Shown here one piece after another: positions 30,236-39,424 of a stretch of DNA of 64,000 bases. The notes beneath the pieces were generated by a model. That model was given only the letters and a program-made list of their open reading frames with translations, had not been told where the DNA came from and did not search any database. Source of the DNA: Christiangramia sp. LLG6405-1 (GTDB lineage Bacteria > Bacteroidota > Bacteroidia > Flavobacteriales > Flavobacteriaceae); NCBI RefSeq assembly GCF_045055805.1, contig NZ_CP159330.1, positions 1,551,547-1,615,546 on the forward strand. Reading direction: 5' to 3'. A program made the translations under genes and the position numbers. Each line of letters starts with the position of its first letter. Positions within the stretch are counted from its first letter, which is position 1.

Positions 30236-30946
30236 TTGGATAACCTAATCAACATACTTTTTTCAGAGGTAAACGTGATCCTGAGCGTGTTGCTCATGAT
30301 TCTAATCCTCTACTGGATCATCACTATGATAGGTGGTCTGGATTTCGATCCGGACTTCGATATCGATGTAGATGTGGATGCAGACGTGGATCTGGATTCT
30401 GGGATCGAAGGTGGAAATATGGATTTTGAAGATATTTCCAATACCGAGATCAATCAGGAAGACGTGGTTGGGAAGAGGCGAAAACCTTTAAAGTGGTGGC
30501 AGATATTTCTTATCTATTTCAATTTCGTGGGACTGCCATTTATGTTCACTTTTACTTTCTGGATCTTTGTCTGGTGGTTCATAACTACCCTGGTTACTGC
30601 GATCACTTCAAGCTATGATAACTTTATAGGTTTTGGGATCATGCTGCTGGCTTTATTTCCGGCACTATTCGTCACCAAGATACTTACCACACCTTTTAAA
30701 GGTTTCTTTAAAAACCTGAATAAGGACGGCGATGCACCCATCGACTATCTTGGTAGAAAGGCGACTTTGATGTCGACCATTTCAAAAGACAGGATGGGAA
30801 ATGCTGAGGTAAGCGTAAATGGTGATAGCTTATCTATTTACGTAAAATCACTTACTGGCGATGCACTCCCTTATGGAAGTAGTGTTCTTATTATCAAGCG
30901 GTCTCCAGATCGCAATTATTACCTCGTACAATCATATAACGAATAA
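30236..30946 (+). CDS. NfeD/YqiJ-like membrane protein (acidic DxD repeat loop, 3-4 TM, C-terminal OB-fold beta domain)
   Basis: TM helices, an acidic loop DFDPDFDIDVDVDADVDLD, and a C-terminal GRKATLMSTISKDRMGNAEVSVNGDSLSIYVKSLTGDALPYGSSVLIIKR (NfeD short-form OB-like). Sits 2 nt after pspA and 16 nt before the flotillin gene. Confidence 0.6.
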   Translation: MDNLINILFSEVNVILSVLLMILILYWIITMIGGLDFDPDFDIDVDVDADVDLDSGIEGGNMDFEDISNTEINQEDVVGKRRKPLKWWQIFLIYFNFVGLPFMFTFTFWIFVWWFITTLVTAITSSYDNFIGFGIMLLALFPALFVTKILTTPFKGFFKNLNKDGDAPIDYLGRKATLMSTISKDRMGNAEVSVNGDSLSIYVKSLTGDALPYGSSVLIIKRSPDRNYYLVQSYNE

Positions 30947-30962
30947 AACTAATCTAACTACA

Positions 30963-33038
30963 ATGGAATCAATCTTACCAATTATTGGAATTGGAATAGG
31001 CGTATTGCTATTTCTAATCATCGTTTACTTCGCGATCATCGCGATGTTCTACAAAAAAATTCCCCAAGGACAGGCACTCATCAGGACCGGTTTTGGAGGG
31101 ACAAAGGTCGCTACAGATAAAGGTCTGTATACGGTGCCTGTTTTTCATAAAACCGAGATCATGGATATTTCTGTCAAGAAGATCCAGATCGAAAGACTGG
31201 CGCATGAAGGTCTTATTTGTAGAGACAATATGCGTGCAGATATCAAAGTTGCCTTTTTCGTTCGGGTGAACAATGATATTGAATATATTAAAAAAGTAGC
31301 GCAGACTATAGGTGTGGACCGTGCATCTAAAATTGCCACGCTGGAAGATCTTTTTGAAGCAAAGTTTTCAGAAGCATTAAAGACAGTAGGTAAAAAATTC
31401 GATTTTATCGAGCTTTATGAAGCCAGACGTGAATTTAGAGATGAGATCGTAAATATCATTGGGACAGATCTTAATGGCTATACACTTGAAGATTGTGCGA
31501 TCGATTTCCTGGAGCAGACTTCAGTAAAAGAATTAAAGCCAGACAATATTCTGGATGCGGAAGGGATCAAGAAGATCACCGAGCTTACGGCAGTTCAGAA
31601 TATGAAAGCTAACCTTATCAAGCGTGATGAGGAAAAAACCATCAGAAAGCAAGATGTGGAAGCCAGAGAAGCCATTCTTGAACTGGATAAGCAATTAGCT
31701 GAAAAAGAAGAGCAACAGAAACGTGAAATTGCGAATATCAAAGCTCGTGAAACTGCAGAAACTCTGAAAGTAGACGAAGAAGAAAGACTAAAATCTGAAA
31801 CTGCCAGAATTGCTACGGAAGAAAAAGTAAAGGTTGCTGAAGAAAATATGCAACGCCAGATCATCGTAGCACTTAAAAATAAAGAGCGTACCGATGCTGT
31901 GGAGTCTGAAAGAGTTGAAAAAGACAGGTTACTAGAAGCTACCGAGCGTGAAAGAGTGGTAACTCTCGCACAAATCGAGAAAGAGAAGGTTGTTGAGGTT
32001 GAGAAGAAAAACATCCAGGATGTGATTCGCGATCGTGTAATGCTGGAAAAAGGAGTGGTAGAAGAGCAGGAAAACATGAAAGATATCCAGGCATTTAAAA
32101 CTGCCGACAGGGATAAGCAGGTTAAAATTACTACTGCGGAAGCATCTGCTCAGGAAGAACTTATTAAAACCACGATTGCTGCGGAAGCTCAAAAAGAAGC
32201 TGCCAAGCAAAAAGCCGAAGAGATCAATATCGAAGCACTTGCTCACAAAGAAGCCAGCCAGAAACAAGCTGAAGCGAGAAAAATTCTTGCTGAAGCCCAG
32301 GCGAAAGAAGAAGCAACTGTTGGTATGTCTGAAGCTCAGGTAATGCATGCGAAGGCTGATGCCAACGAGCGTCAGGGACTTGTAGAAGCGAATATCATCG
32401 AGAAAAAAGCACGTGCTGAAGCGGCCGGGATGGAAGCCAAAGCAGATGCTAAACGTAAAGATGGACTTGCCGAAGCAGATATAATTAAAGAGAAAGCGAT
32501 AGCTGATGCTTCAGGAATCGAGGAGAAAGCTGCTGCAATGAAGAAACTGGATGGTGTTGGAAAAGAACACGAAGAGTTCAAATTAAGACTGAACAAAGAT
32601 CTTCAGGTAGATCTTGCCAATATCAATATTCAGAAGGAAATCGCAGATGCACAGGCGCAGGTAATTGGAGATGCGTTGAAAGCTGCTAAGATCGATATCG
32701 TTGGTGGAGAAACTATGTTCTTCGATCAAATCGTTGGCCAGATCACCAGAGGTAAAGGTTACGACAGGCTAGTACAGAACTCTACGAACATCCAGGAGGT
32801 AAAAACTGCTATTCTTGGTAGTGAAGATGTAAAAGGGAATCTGCTTGAAAAAGTAAGAGACTTCGCGTCTAAATATGGAGTAAGTACCGAGGATATTAAA
32901 AACCTTAGTATTGCCTCTCTTATTACAGATCTTAAAATAAAATCTGATGATAAGGAAGAGCAAACCATGCTCGGCAATCTTCTGAACCTGGCGAAAGGCC
33001 TGGGAATTCAGGATAAACCGATCTCAAAACTTAGATAA
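30963..33038 (+). CDS. Flotillin / SPFH (band-7) family protein, YqiK-like (691 aa)
   Basis: N-terminal TM helix, an SPFH domain (PQGQALIRTGFGGTKV...), and a long EA/K-rich flotillin-type coiled coil. The track start at 30861 overlaps the previous gene, so the ATG at 30963 is preferred. Confidence 0.85.
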   Translation: MESILPIIGIGIGVLLFLIIVYFAIIAMFYKKIPQGQALIRTGFGGTKVATDKGLYTVPVFHKTEIMDISVKKIQIERLAHEGLICRDNMRADIKVAFFVRVNNDIEYIKKVAQTIGVDRASKIATLEDLFEAKFSEALKTVGKKFDFIELYEARREFRDEIVNIIGTDLNGYTLEDCAIDFLEQTSVKELKPDNILDAEGIKKITELTAVQNMKANLIKRDEEKTIRKQDVEAREAILELDKQLAEKEEQQKREIANIKARETAETLKVDEEERLKSETARIATEEKVKVAEENMQRQIIVALKNKERTDAVESERVEKDRLLEATERERVVTLAQIEKEKVVEVEKKNIQDVIRDRVMLEKGVVEEQENMKDIQAFKTADRDKQVKITTAEASAQEELIKTTIAAEAQKEAAKQKAEEINIEALAHKEASQKQAEARKILAEAQAKEEATVGMSEAQVMHAKADANERQGLVEANIIEKKARAEAAGMEAKADAKRKDGLAEADIIKEKAIADASGIEEKAAAMKKLDGVGKEHEEFKLRLNKDLQVDLANINIQKEIADAQAQVIGDALKAAKIDIVGGETMFFDQIVGQITRGKGYDRLVQNSTNIQEVKTAILGSEDVKGNLLEKVRDFASKYGVSTEDIKNLSIASLITDLKIKSDDKEEQTMLGNLLNLAKGLGIQDKPISKLR

Positions 33039-33046
33039 ATGGAAAT

Positions 33047-33076
33047 GCCGGTGCCTGGCACCGGCTTCTTTTTTAA
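33047..33076 (+). terminator. Strong intrinsic terminator (GCCGGTGCC-T-GGCACCGGC + TTCTTTTTT)
   Basis: 9-bp GC-rich perfect inverted repeat plus a T-tract, 9 nt after the flotillin stop and before the ATPase gene. Confidence 0.7.
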
Positions 33077-33113
33077 TCTACATCAATTACATCACAAACT
33101 TCAGGAAGACAAC

Positions 33114-36100
33114 ATGGCAAAGGAACCCATAAAGGAAGAGAATGCGCAAAAACTGGATGTTGGTACCTACGAGGTGATCCAGGGCAGACTGCAAAAGCAA
33201 AAAACTGAGTTACAATCCCGACTTCAGAAATTAAATGAAGAGCGGCAGAAGGTTTTTGGTTCTTTGGAAACCAGGCTTATCGCCAATGACCGCATCAATA
33301 CCGAAAACAACTGTATCGCGAGGGATATCGTTTCCCTTGGCAATACCTGCATTTTTGGTTACAATGTGCATTTTGGTTTGCGTACAGAGATCTCTTTGAA
33401 TGATGTAATGAGTATTTACAGGTTTGAGAATAATTCTTTTGAAGCCATCGATACAGATCTACTGAAAAACGATGTTTTCGAATCTGATTTCAAAAATCTT
33501 TACAAGTATTACAGAAACACCATTTTCTCGAAATTCGCTGTAATTGGAAACTATCTTTATATGGTTTTCCGGTTAAGTGAGAGTGTAACCGATATCAAAA
33601 CCTTCAAATGGCTTATTAAAGATGAAGGTTTGCAATATGTGGACAATCGTAGTGATCACGAATACAAACTACCGTCACAACATGAATTCAACTGGCAGGA
33701 AGTATCCAGAGATCAACATAGGCAGGGAGTTCATGCGCATGTTTCTATTCTGGATCGTGTTTTTGTAGAGACCATTGGCGGTGATCTTACAATCAAGATC
33801 GAGGATAATACCAATGATGGAAAAGGAATCTTTTCCGAAGAAGTAGAGCATAGGGACCAAACGCTGGATGACGCACAGTATAGATTTGCGAATCTTGGTA
33901 ATCTCATCATTCTTGAAATTAAACCATTTCAGGAAGGGCCGCGTTATTTTGTGTATAATCACAAGCTGCGGGAAGTTCAAAAGATCAGCAGTATCAAGGA
34001 TACCTGTGTATTGTTACCAGACGGCCAGGGAATAATTTTCCCAACCGGGTATTACTTACAAACCGGGGAATATCATTTGTTCGATCATAGCATTCCGAAT
34101 TTAAGATTTCAGGAAAAGATAAGTTCTCCAAATGGCGAGGATTTTCTGTACGTATTCTACGCTCCGGAAAACGGACTCTACAACCTGATGAGCTATAATG
34201 TGATCTCCCAGGAAATCCAGACTCCAATTATTTGTAATGGTTTTACGATTCTTGAAAAAGGCGAACTATGCTATTTCAAGAACGAAAATGAACAAACCAA
34301 GCATCATGTGATCCAGATCTGGCAAACGCCATATCTTAAAGGTGATTTTATGCCTTCCAGTCATGAGGATAGCCTGTTATATAAGATCGGAAACAAGGAT
34401 ATTGTAAAAGCGATGGCTGAGGTAAACGGACTCGTAAATCTTCTAAATAAAGAGGATAATTATGATGGTTTGTATGCAGATCTTTCCAAGCGTTCCAAGG
34501 ATATTCTGGATGCTTATTACTGGCTGAAAGAAGAGGAAACTCAGCTTCTAAATGAGCCACTTCGGGAAATTAACCAGGCTGCAAATGCTGCCATGGATGA
34601 ATTTCAGAAGGTGCTGGAACTCAAGAAGAATGCTAGGCAGAAAACTAACGAAATAGGGAAAGAAGCCGAGCAAATCTTTAATAAGATAAAAAGTTCAGGT
34701 TTTCGGAATATCAATGATTTCGTAATTGCATTGACGCAGCTCAGGTCATTAAGAGGAGAAGCGATCAGTCTCAAAGAAGTACGTTATGTAGATGAGCAAT
34801 TTATTGAAAACCTTGAAGAGCAAATAGCCGAGCAAACTACAAAGATCTCGCGAAGATGCGTGGATTTCTTACTGGATGAGAAAGCTCTGAATCCATATCA
34901 CAAAGCAGTAAGTGATAAGGAAGAGCAGCTATCTGATATTAATAAGGTAGTTGATGCCCGAAAACTGGAGGAAGAAGTCAATAAAATTTCAGAAGATCTT
35001 GAATTATTAATTGATATTGTTTCAAATCTTGAAATAGAGGATACTTCGCATTCTACCAAGATTATCAATAATATTTCACTAATTTTTTCTTCGATCAACC
35101 AGTTAAAGGCAGAGATCAGGAAGAAGCGAAAATCCCTTGGAAGTGCAGAAGCTCAAGCCGACTTTGCCGCGCAATTAAAGCTTATCGATCAAAGTATCAT
35201 CAACTACCTTGACATCGCTGATACTCCGGAAAAATGTGATGACTTTCAAACCAGGATTTCCATTCAGCTAGAAGAATTGGAGGGAAAGTTTGCCGATTAT
35301 GAGGAATTTATTGAGCTGATTATTGAGAAGCGGGAAGAAGTTTATAATGCATTTGAAGCTCGTAAGAATACACTCGTAGAAAAACGAAATAAACGTGCGG
35401 TAACTTTACAAAATTCCGCAGGAAGAATCCTGAAAGGTGTTCGTAAGAAATCTGAATCTTTTAATGAAGTAGCAGATATCAATGCTTATTTCGCTTCAGA
35501 TATCCTGGTGAACAAAGCCAGAGATATTGCCACGCAACTACAGGAAATGGATGACAGTGGAAAGGCTGAAGAAATTCAGTCGATGCTGAAGTCTGCCCGC
35601 GAAGATGCACTTCGAAAACTGAAGGATAAGAAGGAAATTTACGAGGATGGCGATTCGATCATCAAGCTGGGGAAACATAAATTTGGCGTTAATAAACAGG
35701 AGCTTGATCTTACGATCTTATTCGTGGACGATGCTTTGCATTATCATATAACAGGAACCGACTTTTATCAGAAAATTGAAAATGAGACTCTTCTAAAGTC
35801 TGAAAGATTCTGGAGCCAGGATTATATTTCAGAAAACAAGAGTATATACCGAGCCGGTTTTCTTGCCTATAAATTATTCCGAAGATTTGGTGAAGAACTA
35901 AAGGACCATACGGAGGAAGATTTGATCAGGCTAGTGCAGGAGGAAAGTAGCAAAGATTATTCTGAAGGATACGTGAAAGGAATTCATGATCTGGATGCGG
36001 CAAAAATACTATCTGTGCTTCTGGAAAAGCATGAGGCTTTGGATCTGCTTCGGTTTCACCCCGTAATCAGGTCCTGCGCACAATTCTTCTGGAAATTTTC

Positions 36101-37991
36101 TTCTTCGGAAATCCGGTCAAATTTGGATCAGAATATAAAAGCTGCGGGAGAAGTGTTGCAGGTATTTCCAAATTCCAGAGAATACCAGTCATTGCTGAAA
36201 ATACTAACCAAAGAGATTCAAGATTTTGGTCAGAAATCAGGAATTTTTGAACCTGAACTGGCTTCTGAAGTTGCTGAATATTTGTTTGAAGAATTGCAAA
36301 ATGATGATGATTTTCAAAAAAGCGGAATAGCCATCGGGATCAAAGAAGATTTCCTGAATATGCTGAAGTCTGAAAATGCCGATCTAAAATTTAAAGATAG
36401 TCTCAAAAGCCTGAGTTCAAACCAGGCAAAAGTAGCCTTGATCGAGCAGTGGTTGAAAGCATTTTTGCAAAGCAAACTAGATGATCAAACGAGCTTAAAA
36501 ACCAAATATGTAAGTGAAGCAGCAGCGCTTATACTCTTTGAGGATGAATCTGTCTTAAATACAAAATTTACTTCACCATCTCAGCATATTGAGAATTTGA
36601 GAGGTGAGCATCGCCTGGTCAAAGCAGGAGTTTTCGATTTCAACTATCATGATTTTGTATCGACTTACAGGAACTATTTTGAGATCGATGTTCCAGCTTA
36701 CCACGAATTTAGAAAAGCCAGGCATGAAGTAACCCTTCAGCTTAAAGAAGATCTTAAACTTGAAGAATTCAAGCCGGGAACACTAAACTCTTTTGTTCGA
36801 AATAAATTGATAGACCAGGTTTATTTTCCTCTATTTGGAGATAACCTGGCCAAACAGCTCGGTACCGTTGGAGATCAAAAAAGAACAGATCGAATGGGAT
36901 TGCTGTTGCTTATTTCTCCTCCAGGTTACGGTAAAACTACCTTAATGGAATATATCGCCAACAGGCTTGGACTGGTTTTTATGAAAATCAATGGTCCGGC
37001 GATTGGTCATGATGTAACTTCAGTAGACCCATCTTCAGCTACTAATTCGGCAGCCCGGGAAGAGCTTAAAAAGCTGAATCTTGCCTTTGAAATGGGGAAT
37101 AATGTGATGCTGTATCTTGACGATATCCAGCATTGTAATCCTGAATTCCTTCAGAAGTTTATATCTCTTTCCGACGGAACCAGGAAAATCGAAGGGATTT
37201 ACAATGGGAGATCGAGAACCTATGATATGCGTGGGAAAAAGTTCTGCGTGATCATGGCCGGGAATCCTTATACAGAAAGCGGAGAGAAGTTTCGAATTCC
37301 AGATATGCTGGCGAACCGTGCAGATATTTACAATCTTGGTGATATTATTGGCGATACCGCTCATCTGTTCAGGTTGAGTTTGATCGAAAATTCACTGACC
37401 TCCAATCCTGTTCTGCATCAGCTTAGTAGCAAGAATTTTGATGATGTTTACAGATTACTGGACAGAATTGAGAATAATAACCAGGAAGTACAGCTGGAAG
37501 GGAATTACTCGAACCAGGAAGTACAGGAATATGTGTCGGTTCTGGAAAAGGTTATACAGATTCGAAACAGTGTATTGAAAGTGAATGCGGCTTATATCAA
37601 AAGTGCTGCGATGGAGGATGAGTATCGAACAGAGCCATCTTTCAAATTGCAGGGTTCTTATCGTGATATGAATAAACTGGTGGCAAAAGTGGTTCCGGTA
37701 ATGAATGATGCGGAATTGCAAACGCTTATTCTGTCGCATTATGAAAGCGAATCTCAAACCCTTACTTCAGCTGCGGAAGCAAACTTATTGAAATACAAAG
37801 ATCTTATTGGCAATTTGAACGAAGAGGAACGGAGCAGATGGAATACCATTCAGGAAACTTTTCAGAAGAATAATAAACTAAAAGGTTTTGGGAACAAAAA
37901 TGAGATGGCGCAATTGCTTTCTCAAATGATGGAATTCACAGATAATCTTGAGGGTATTAAACAGGTGTTGCAAAATGGATTTAATAAGTGA
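33114..37991 (+). CDS. Giant (1625 aa) multidomain protein: beta-rich N-terminal domain + ~700-aa coiled coil + C-terminal AAA+ ATPase (MoxR/AAA_5-like)
   Basis: Walker A LLLLISPPGYGKTTL, Walker B VMLYLDDIQ, sensor-1-like FCVIMAGNPYTE, and Arg-rich RIPDMLANRADIY. The central region is heptad-like and E/K-rich. The track start at 33039 lies inside the terminator hairpin, so the ATG at 33114 is preferred. Confidence 0.7.
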   Translation: MAKEPIKEENAQKLDVGTYEVIQGRLQKQKTELQSRLQKLNEERQKVFGSLETRLIANDRINTENNCIARDIVSLGNTCIFGYNVHFGLRTEISLNDVMSIYRFENNSFEAIDTDLLKNDVFESDFKNLYKYYRNTIFSKFAVIGNYLYMVFRLSESVTDIKTFKWLIKDEGLQYVDNRSDHEYKLPSQHEFNWQEVSRDQHRQGVHAHVSILDRVFVETIGGDLTIKIEDNTNDGKGIFSEEVEHRDQTLDDAQYRFANLGNLIILEIKPFQEGPRYFVYNHKLREVQKISSIKDTCVLLPDGQGIIFPTGYYLQTGEYHLFDHSIPNLRFQEKISSPNGEDFLYVFYAPENGLYNLMSYNVISQEIQTPIICNGFTILEKGELCYFKNENEQTKHHVIQIWQTPYLKGDFMPSSHEDSLLYKIGNKDIVKAMAEVNGLVNLLNKEDNYDGLYADLSKRSKDILDAYYWLKEEETQLLNEPLREINQAANAAMDEFQKVLELKKNARQKTNEIGKEAEQIFNKIKSSGFRNINDFVIALTQLRSLRGEAISLKEVRYVDEQFIENLEEQIAEQTTKISRRCVDFLLDEKALNPYHKAVSDKEEQLSDINKVVDARKLEEEVNKISEDLELLIDIVSNLEIEDTSHSTKIINNISLIFSSINQLKAEIRKKRKSLGSAEAQADFAAQLKLIDQSIINYLDIADTPEKCDDFQTRISIQLEELEGKFADYEEFIELIIEKREEVYNAFEARKNTLVEKRNKRAVTLQNSAGRILKGVRKKSESFNEVADINAYFASDILVNKARDIATQLQEMDDSGKAEEIQSMLKSAREDALRKLKDKKEIYEDGDSIIKLGKHKFGVNKQELDLTILFVDDALHYHITGTDFYQKIENETLLKSERFWSQDYISENKSIYRAGFLAYKLFRRFGEELKDHTEEDLIRLVQEESSKDYSEGYVKGIHDLDAAKILSVLLEKHEALDLLRFHPVIRSCAQFFWKFSSSEIRSNLDQNIKAAGEVLQVFPNSREYQSLLKILTKEIQDFGQKSGIFEPELASEVAEYLFEELQNDDDFQKSGIAIGIKEDFLNMLKSENADLKFKDSLKSLSSNQAKVALIEQWLKAFLQSKLDDQTSLKTKYVSEAAALILFEDESVLNTKFTSPSQHIENLRGEHRLVKAGVFDFNYHDFVSTYRNYFEIDVPAYHEFRKARHEVTLQLKEDLKLEEFKPGTLNSFVRNKLIDQVYFPLFGDNLAKQLGTVGDQKRTDRMGLLLLISPPGYGKTTLMEYIANRLGLVFMKINGPAIGHDVTSVDPSSATNSAAREELKKLNLAFEMGNNVMLYLDDIQHCNPEFLQKFISLSDGTRKIEGIYNGRSRTYDMRGKKFCVIMAGNPYTESGEKFRIPDMLANRADIYNLGDIIGDTAHLFRLSLIENSLTSNPVLHQLSSKNFDDVYRLLDRIENNNQEVQLEGNYSNQEVQEYVSVLEKVIQIRNSVLKVNAAYIKSAAMEDEYRTEPSFKLQGSYRDMNKLVAKVVPVMNDAELQTLILSHYESESQTLTSAAEANLLKYKDLIGNLNEEERSRWNTIQETFQKNNKLKGFGNKNEMAQLLSQMMEFTDNLEGIKQVLQNGFNK

Positions 37992-38180
37992 TTCCTAACT
38001 AGCTGGTCTAACCTAAAAACATAGAAATCGTAGAACAATTGTTAAAAAGCGCCATTATTAACATGATTTACTGGAATAGAGTCAAAATCTTGCTTTTTAC
38101 ATGGTTATTTAATTACTGAATATTCAAACTCTTTATATATATTGGAATCTATTAAAAAAACCAACTTTAATAATAACTTT

Positions 38181-39215
38181 ATGAAGAAGAATTTTAATTT
38201 TTTTAGAGGTTTAACAACAGTAGCAGCTTTGGCTTGTGTATTGTTTATGACTTCTTGTTCAGATGAACCGGTAGATAATTCTGTTTCAAGCCTTAAAACA
38301 GAAAACGCAAAAGCGTTTACACTGGCTAATGCAGAGACAGATTTTGTTACACTAGAAGGGAAAGCTGGTGCGTTTGAAAATGGAACTCGTACAACTACAG
38401 CTCCAGGTGATGATCGAGGTAGATTCAATATTACTTTTAGATACCTCACTCAGCTTACAGATAGGCAGCTTAGTGTTTTTGAATCTGCGGCGGCAAGATG
38501 GGAAAGGATTATTATCAAAGATGTTCCTTCTATTACTGGAACAATTCCTTCTGCGTTTGGAGGAGTGCCACCTATTGTGGAAAATGGAACTATAGATGAT
38601 ATTGTAATTGAAGTAGTGATTGCGCCAATTGATGGTCCAGGACAGGTTTTAGGCCAGGCAGGACCTCGTTTTACGAGAACTTCTGATGGTTTAACCGTAA
38701 CCGGGTTGATGTTTTTTGACGTAGATGATTTAGATTTTCTTGATGAACTAGATCTTTTTGAAGATGTGATCGTGCATGAAATGGGTCACGTATTAGGGGT
38801 AGGAACGCTTTGGAGAGGTAAAGGTCTTATTGGTGGTCCAGACTCAAATCCATACTTTACTGGTAAAAAAGCTAATGTATTCTGGAATGCCGAAGGTGGA
38901 GAATTTGAACTTCCTATAGAAAATGCTGGTGGTCCTGGTACTGCATTAGGTCATTGGAGAGAATCTCTTCTTAGAAATGAGCTGATGACTGGATTCATCA
39001 ATCTTGGAGAAAATCCTTTAAGTAGAATTACGGCCGGTTCTTTAAGAGATCTTGGATATGGATCATCATCTGTAGGAGAGAGCTACGATTTGCCAAAAGG
39101 TACTCCAGGGGTAAATATTGGTGAATTAGCTAAATCCTCTGAAGTTAATGGACTACATATTGCAAAAATGGAAGAAATTCTACTTCCTATTGGAACTATT
39201 CGTACAGCAAAATAA
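38181..39215 (+). CDS. Zinc metalloprotease lipoprotein (HExxH; leishmanolysin/M8-like)
   Basis: Lipobox LFMTSCS, zinc motif VIVHEMGHVLGVG, and a downstream H...E arrangement. Confidence 0.5.
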   Translation: MKKNFNFFRGLTTVAALACVLFMTSCSDEPVDNSVSSLKTENAKAFTLANAETDFVTLEGKAGAFENGTRTTTAPGDDRGRFNITFRYLTQLTDRQLSVFESAAARWERIIIKDVPSITGTIPSAFGGVPPIVENGTIDDIVIEVVIAPIDGPGQVLGQAGPRFTRTSDGLTVTGLMFFDVDDLDFLDELDLFEDVIVHEMGHVLGVGTLWRGKGLIGGPDSNPYFTGKKANVFWNAEGGEFELPIENAGGPGTALGHWRESLLRNELMTGFINLGENPLSRITAGSLRDLGYGSSSVGESYDLPKGTPGVNIGELAKSSEVNGLHIAKMEEILLPIGTIRTAK

Positions 39216-39266
39216 CCTTCGCTGTAGCTTAATATCTTGATTGAAGATAAATGAATTTCATACTCA

Positions 39267-39312
39267 AAAGAGCCTTGTTTGCTGAAATGCTGAATGAGGC
39301 TCTTTTATTTTG
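39267..39312 (+). terminator. Possible terminator (AAAGAGCC...GGCTCTTT + T-rich tail, large loop)
   Basis: 8-bp stem with a 23-nt loop and a T-tract, 50 nt after the protease stop. Confidence 0.35.
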
Positions 39313-39424
39313 TCTCCTTTTTACCTTTCTACATTATTGCTTAGGTCTAAAATCACATATCATTTAATTTTCAGTTTTCAATTAAATGACAGAACTTTCG
39401 AAGTTCTAACCAAACCAACTTTTT

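Noticed and set aside
30861-30962. Upstream extension of the flotillin ORF (start at 30861)
   Set aside because: It would overlap the NfeD-like gene by 86 nt. The ATG at 30963 follows the upstream stop by 16 nt and begins a typical TM-anchored flotillin N-terminus.
31595-32348. Long antisense ORFs (160 and 138 aa, Ser/Phe-rich) inside the flotillin gene
   Set aside because: They lie opposite the GAA/GCT-rich coiled-coil coding region of the flotillin gene. They are low-complexity compositional artefacts with no start context.
31900-32600. Possible DNA-level tandem repeats in the flotillin EA/K-rich region
   Set aside because: The amino-acid periodicity (EAxA/K) is not mirrored by exact nucleotide repeats. 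It is a coiled-coil compositional bias, not a repeat array.
33039-33113. Upstream extension of the giant ATPase ORF (MEMPVPGTGFFF...)
   Set aside because: These codons are the terminator hairpin and T-tract read in frame. The start at 33114 (MAKEP...) is preferred.
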